NCBI RefSeq assembly: GCF_032444005.1
Contig: NC_091291.1
Coordinates: 109,430,001-109,494,000, forward strand
Direction of reading: 5' to 3'
Length of the DNA: 64,000 bases
From: Ranitomeya imitator
Taxonomy: Eukaryota
Shown: positions 63,627 to 64,000 of the stretch, piece by piece
Numbering within the stretch: the first letter of the stretch is position 1
How the letters are laid out: every line of letters begins with the position of its first letter
Translations under genes and position numbers: made by a program
The notes under the pieces: generated by a model
The model's input: only the letters and a program-made list of their open reading frames with translations
What the model was told of the DNA's origin: nothing
Databases searched by the model: none

Positions 63627-64000
63627 GTATAACATCTGGCCCCTCGCTCCCAGTATATAACTTCTGCCCCCCCCTCCCCCGATGTATAACATCAGACCTC
63701 ATGCCCCCCGGGTATAACATCTGGCCCCTCGCTCCCAGTATATAACTTCTGCCCCCCCCCCCCGATGTATAACATCAGACCTCTTGCCCCGGTGTATAAC
63801 ATCTGGCCCCTCGCTCCCAGTATATAACTTCTGCCCCCCTCCCCCCCCGATGTATAACATCAGACCTCTTGCCCCGGTGTATAACATCTGGCCCCTCGCT
63901 CCCAGTATATAACTTCTGCCCCCCCCCCCGATGTATAACATCAGACCTCTTGCCCCGGTGTATAACATCTGGCCCCTCGCTCCCAGTATATAACTTCTGC
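63627..64000. repeat. About 80-bp tandem repeat with a variable poly-C tract, running off the window
   Basis: The unit is GTATAACATCTGGCCCCTCGCTCCCAGTATATAACTTCTG(C)nGATGTATAACATCAGACCTCTTGCCCCG, with more than 4 copies. Confidence 0.93.

Overview
This is eukaryotic genomic DNA, most likely from a frog (inferred from the repeat landscape and gene order). It holds four genes, all on the + strand. (A) The last exon of an AADAC-family (AADACL3/4-like) serine esterase, 489-1245. (B) A complete paralog, join 7363-7539,14374-14596,19424-19487,21355-22111 (406 aa). (C) A third complete paralog, join 28749-28925,35401-35626,35827-35890,39881-40652 (412 aa). (D) A complete CFAP107/C1orf158, join 43298-43408,55784-55897,59159-59333,62902-63182 (226 aa), with an RFX X-box just upstream. 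This AADACL-cluster-then-CFAP107 order matches the known amniote synteny. Introns and intergenic DNA are dense with repeats: three large minisatellites (55-56, 28 and 22 bp units), two tail-to-tail IR/DR Tc1 elements inside the 22-bp array, TTAA-type and TWA-type (PIF/Harbinger-like) MITEs, solo LTRs and a V-SINE. The most unusual signal is a set of minimal type-I hammerhead ribozyme motifs of unrelated sequence in Penelope-like pLTR contexts. Two of these sit in ~1-kb inverted-repeat insertions with intact 16-17 bp target-site duplications inside CFAP107 introns, and one of those is a 938-bp perfect palindrome. All counts are manual readings, and no database searches were run.
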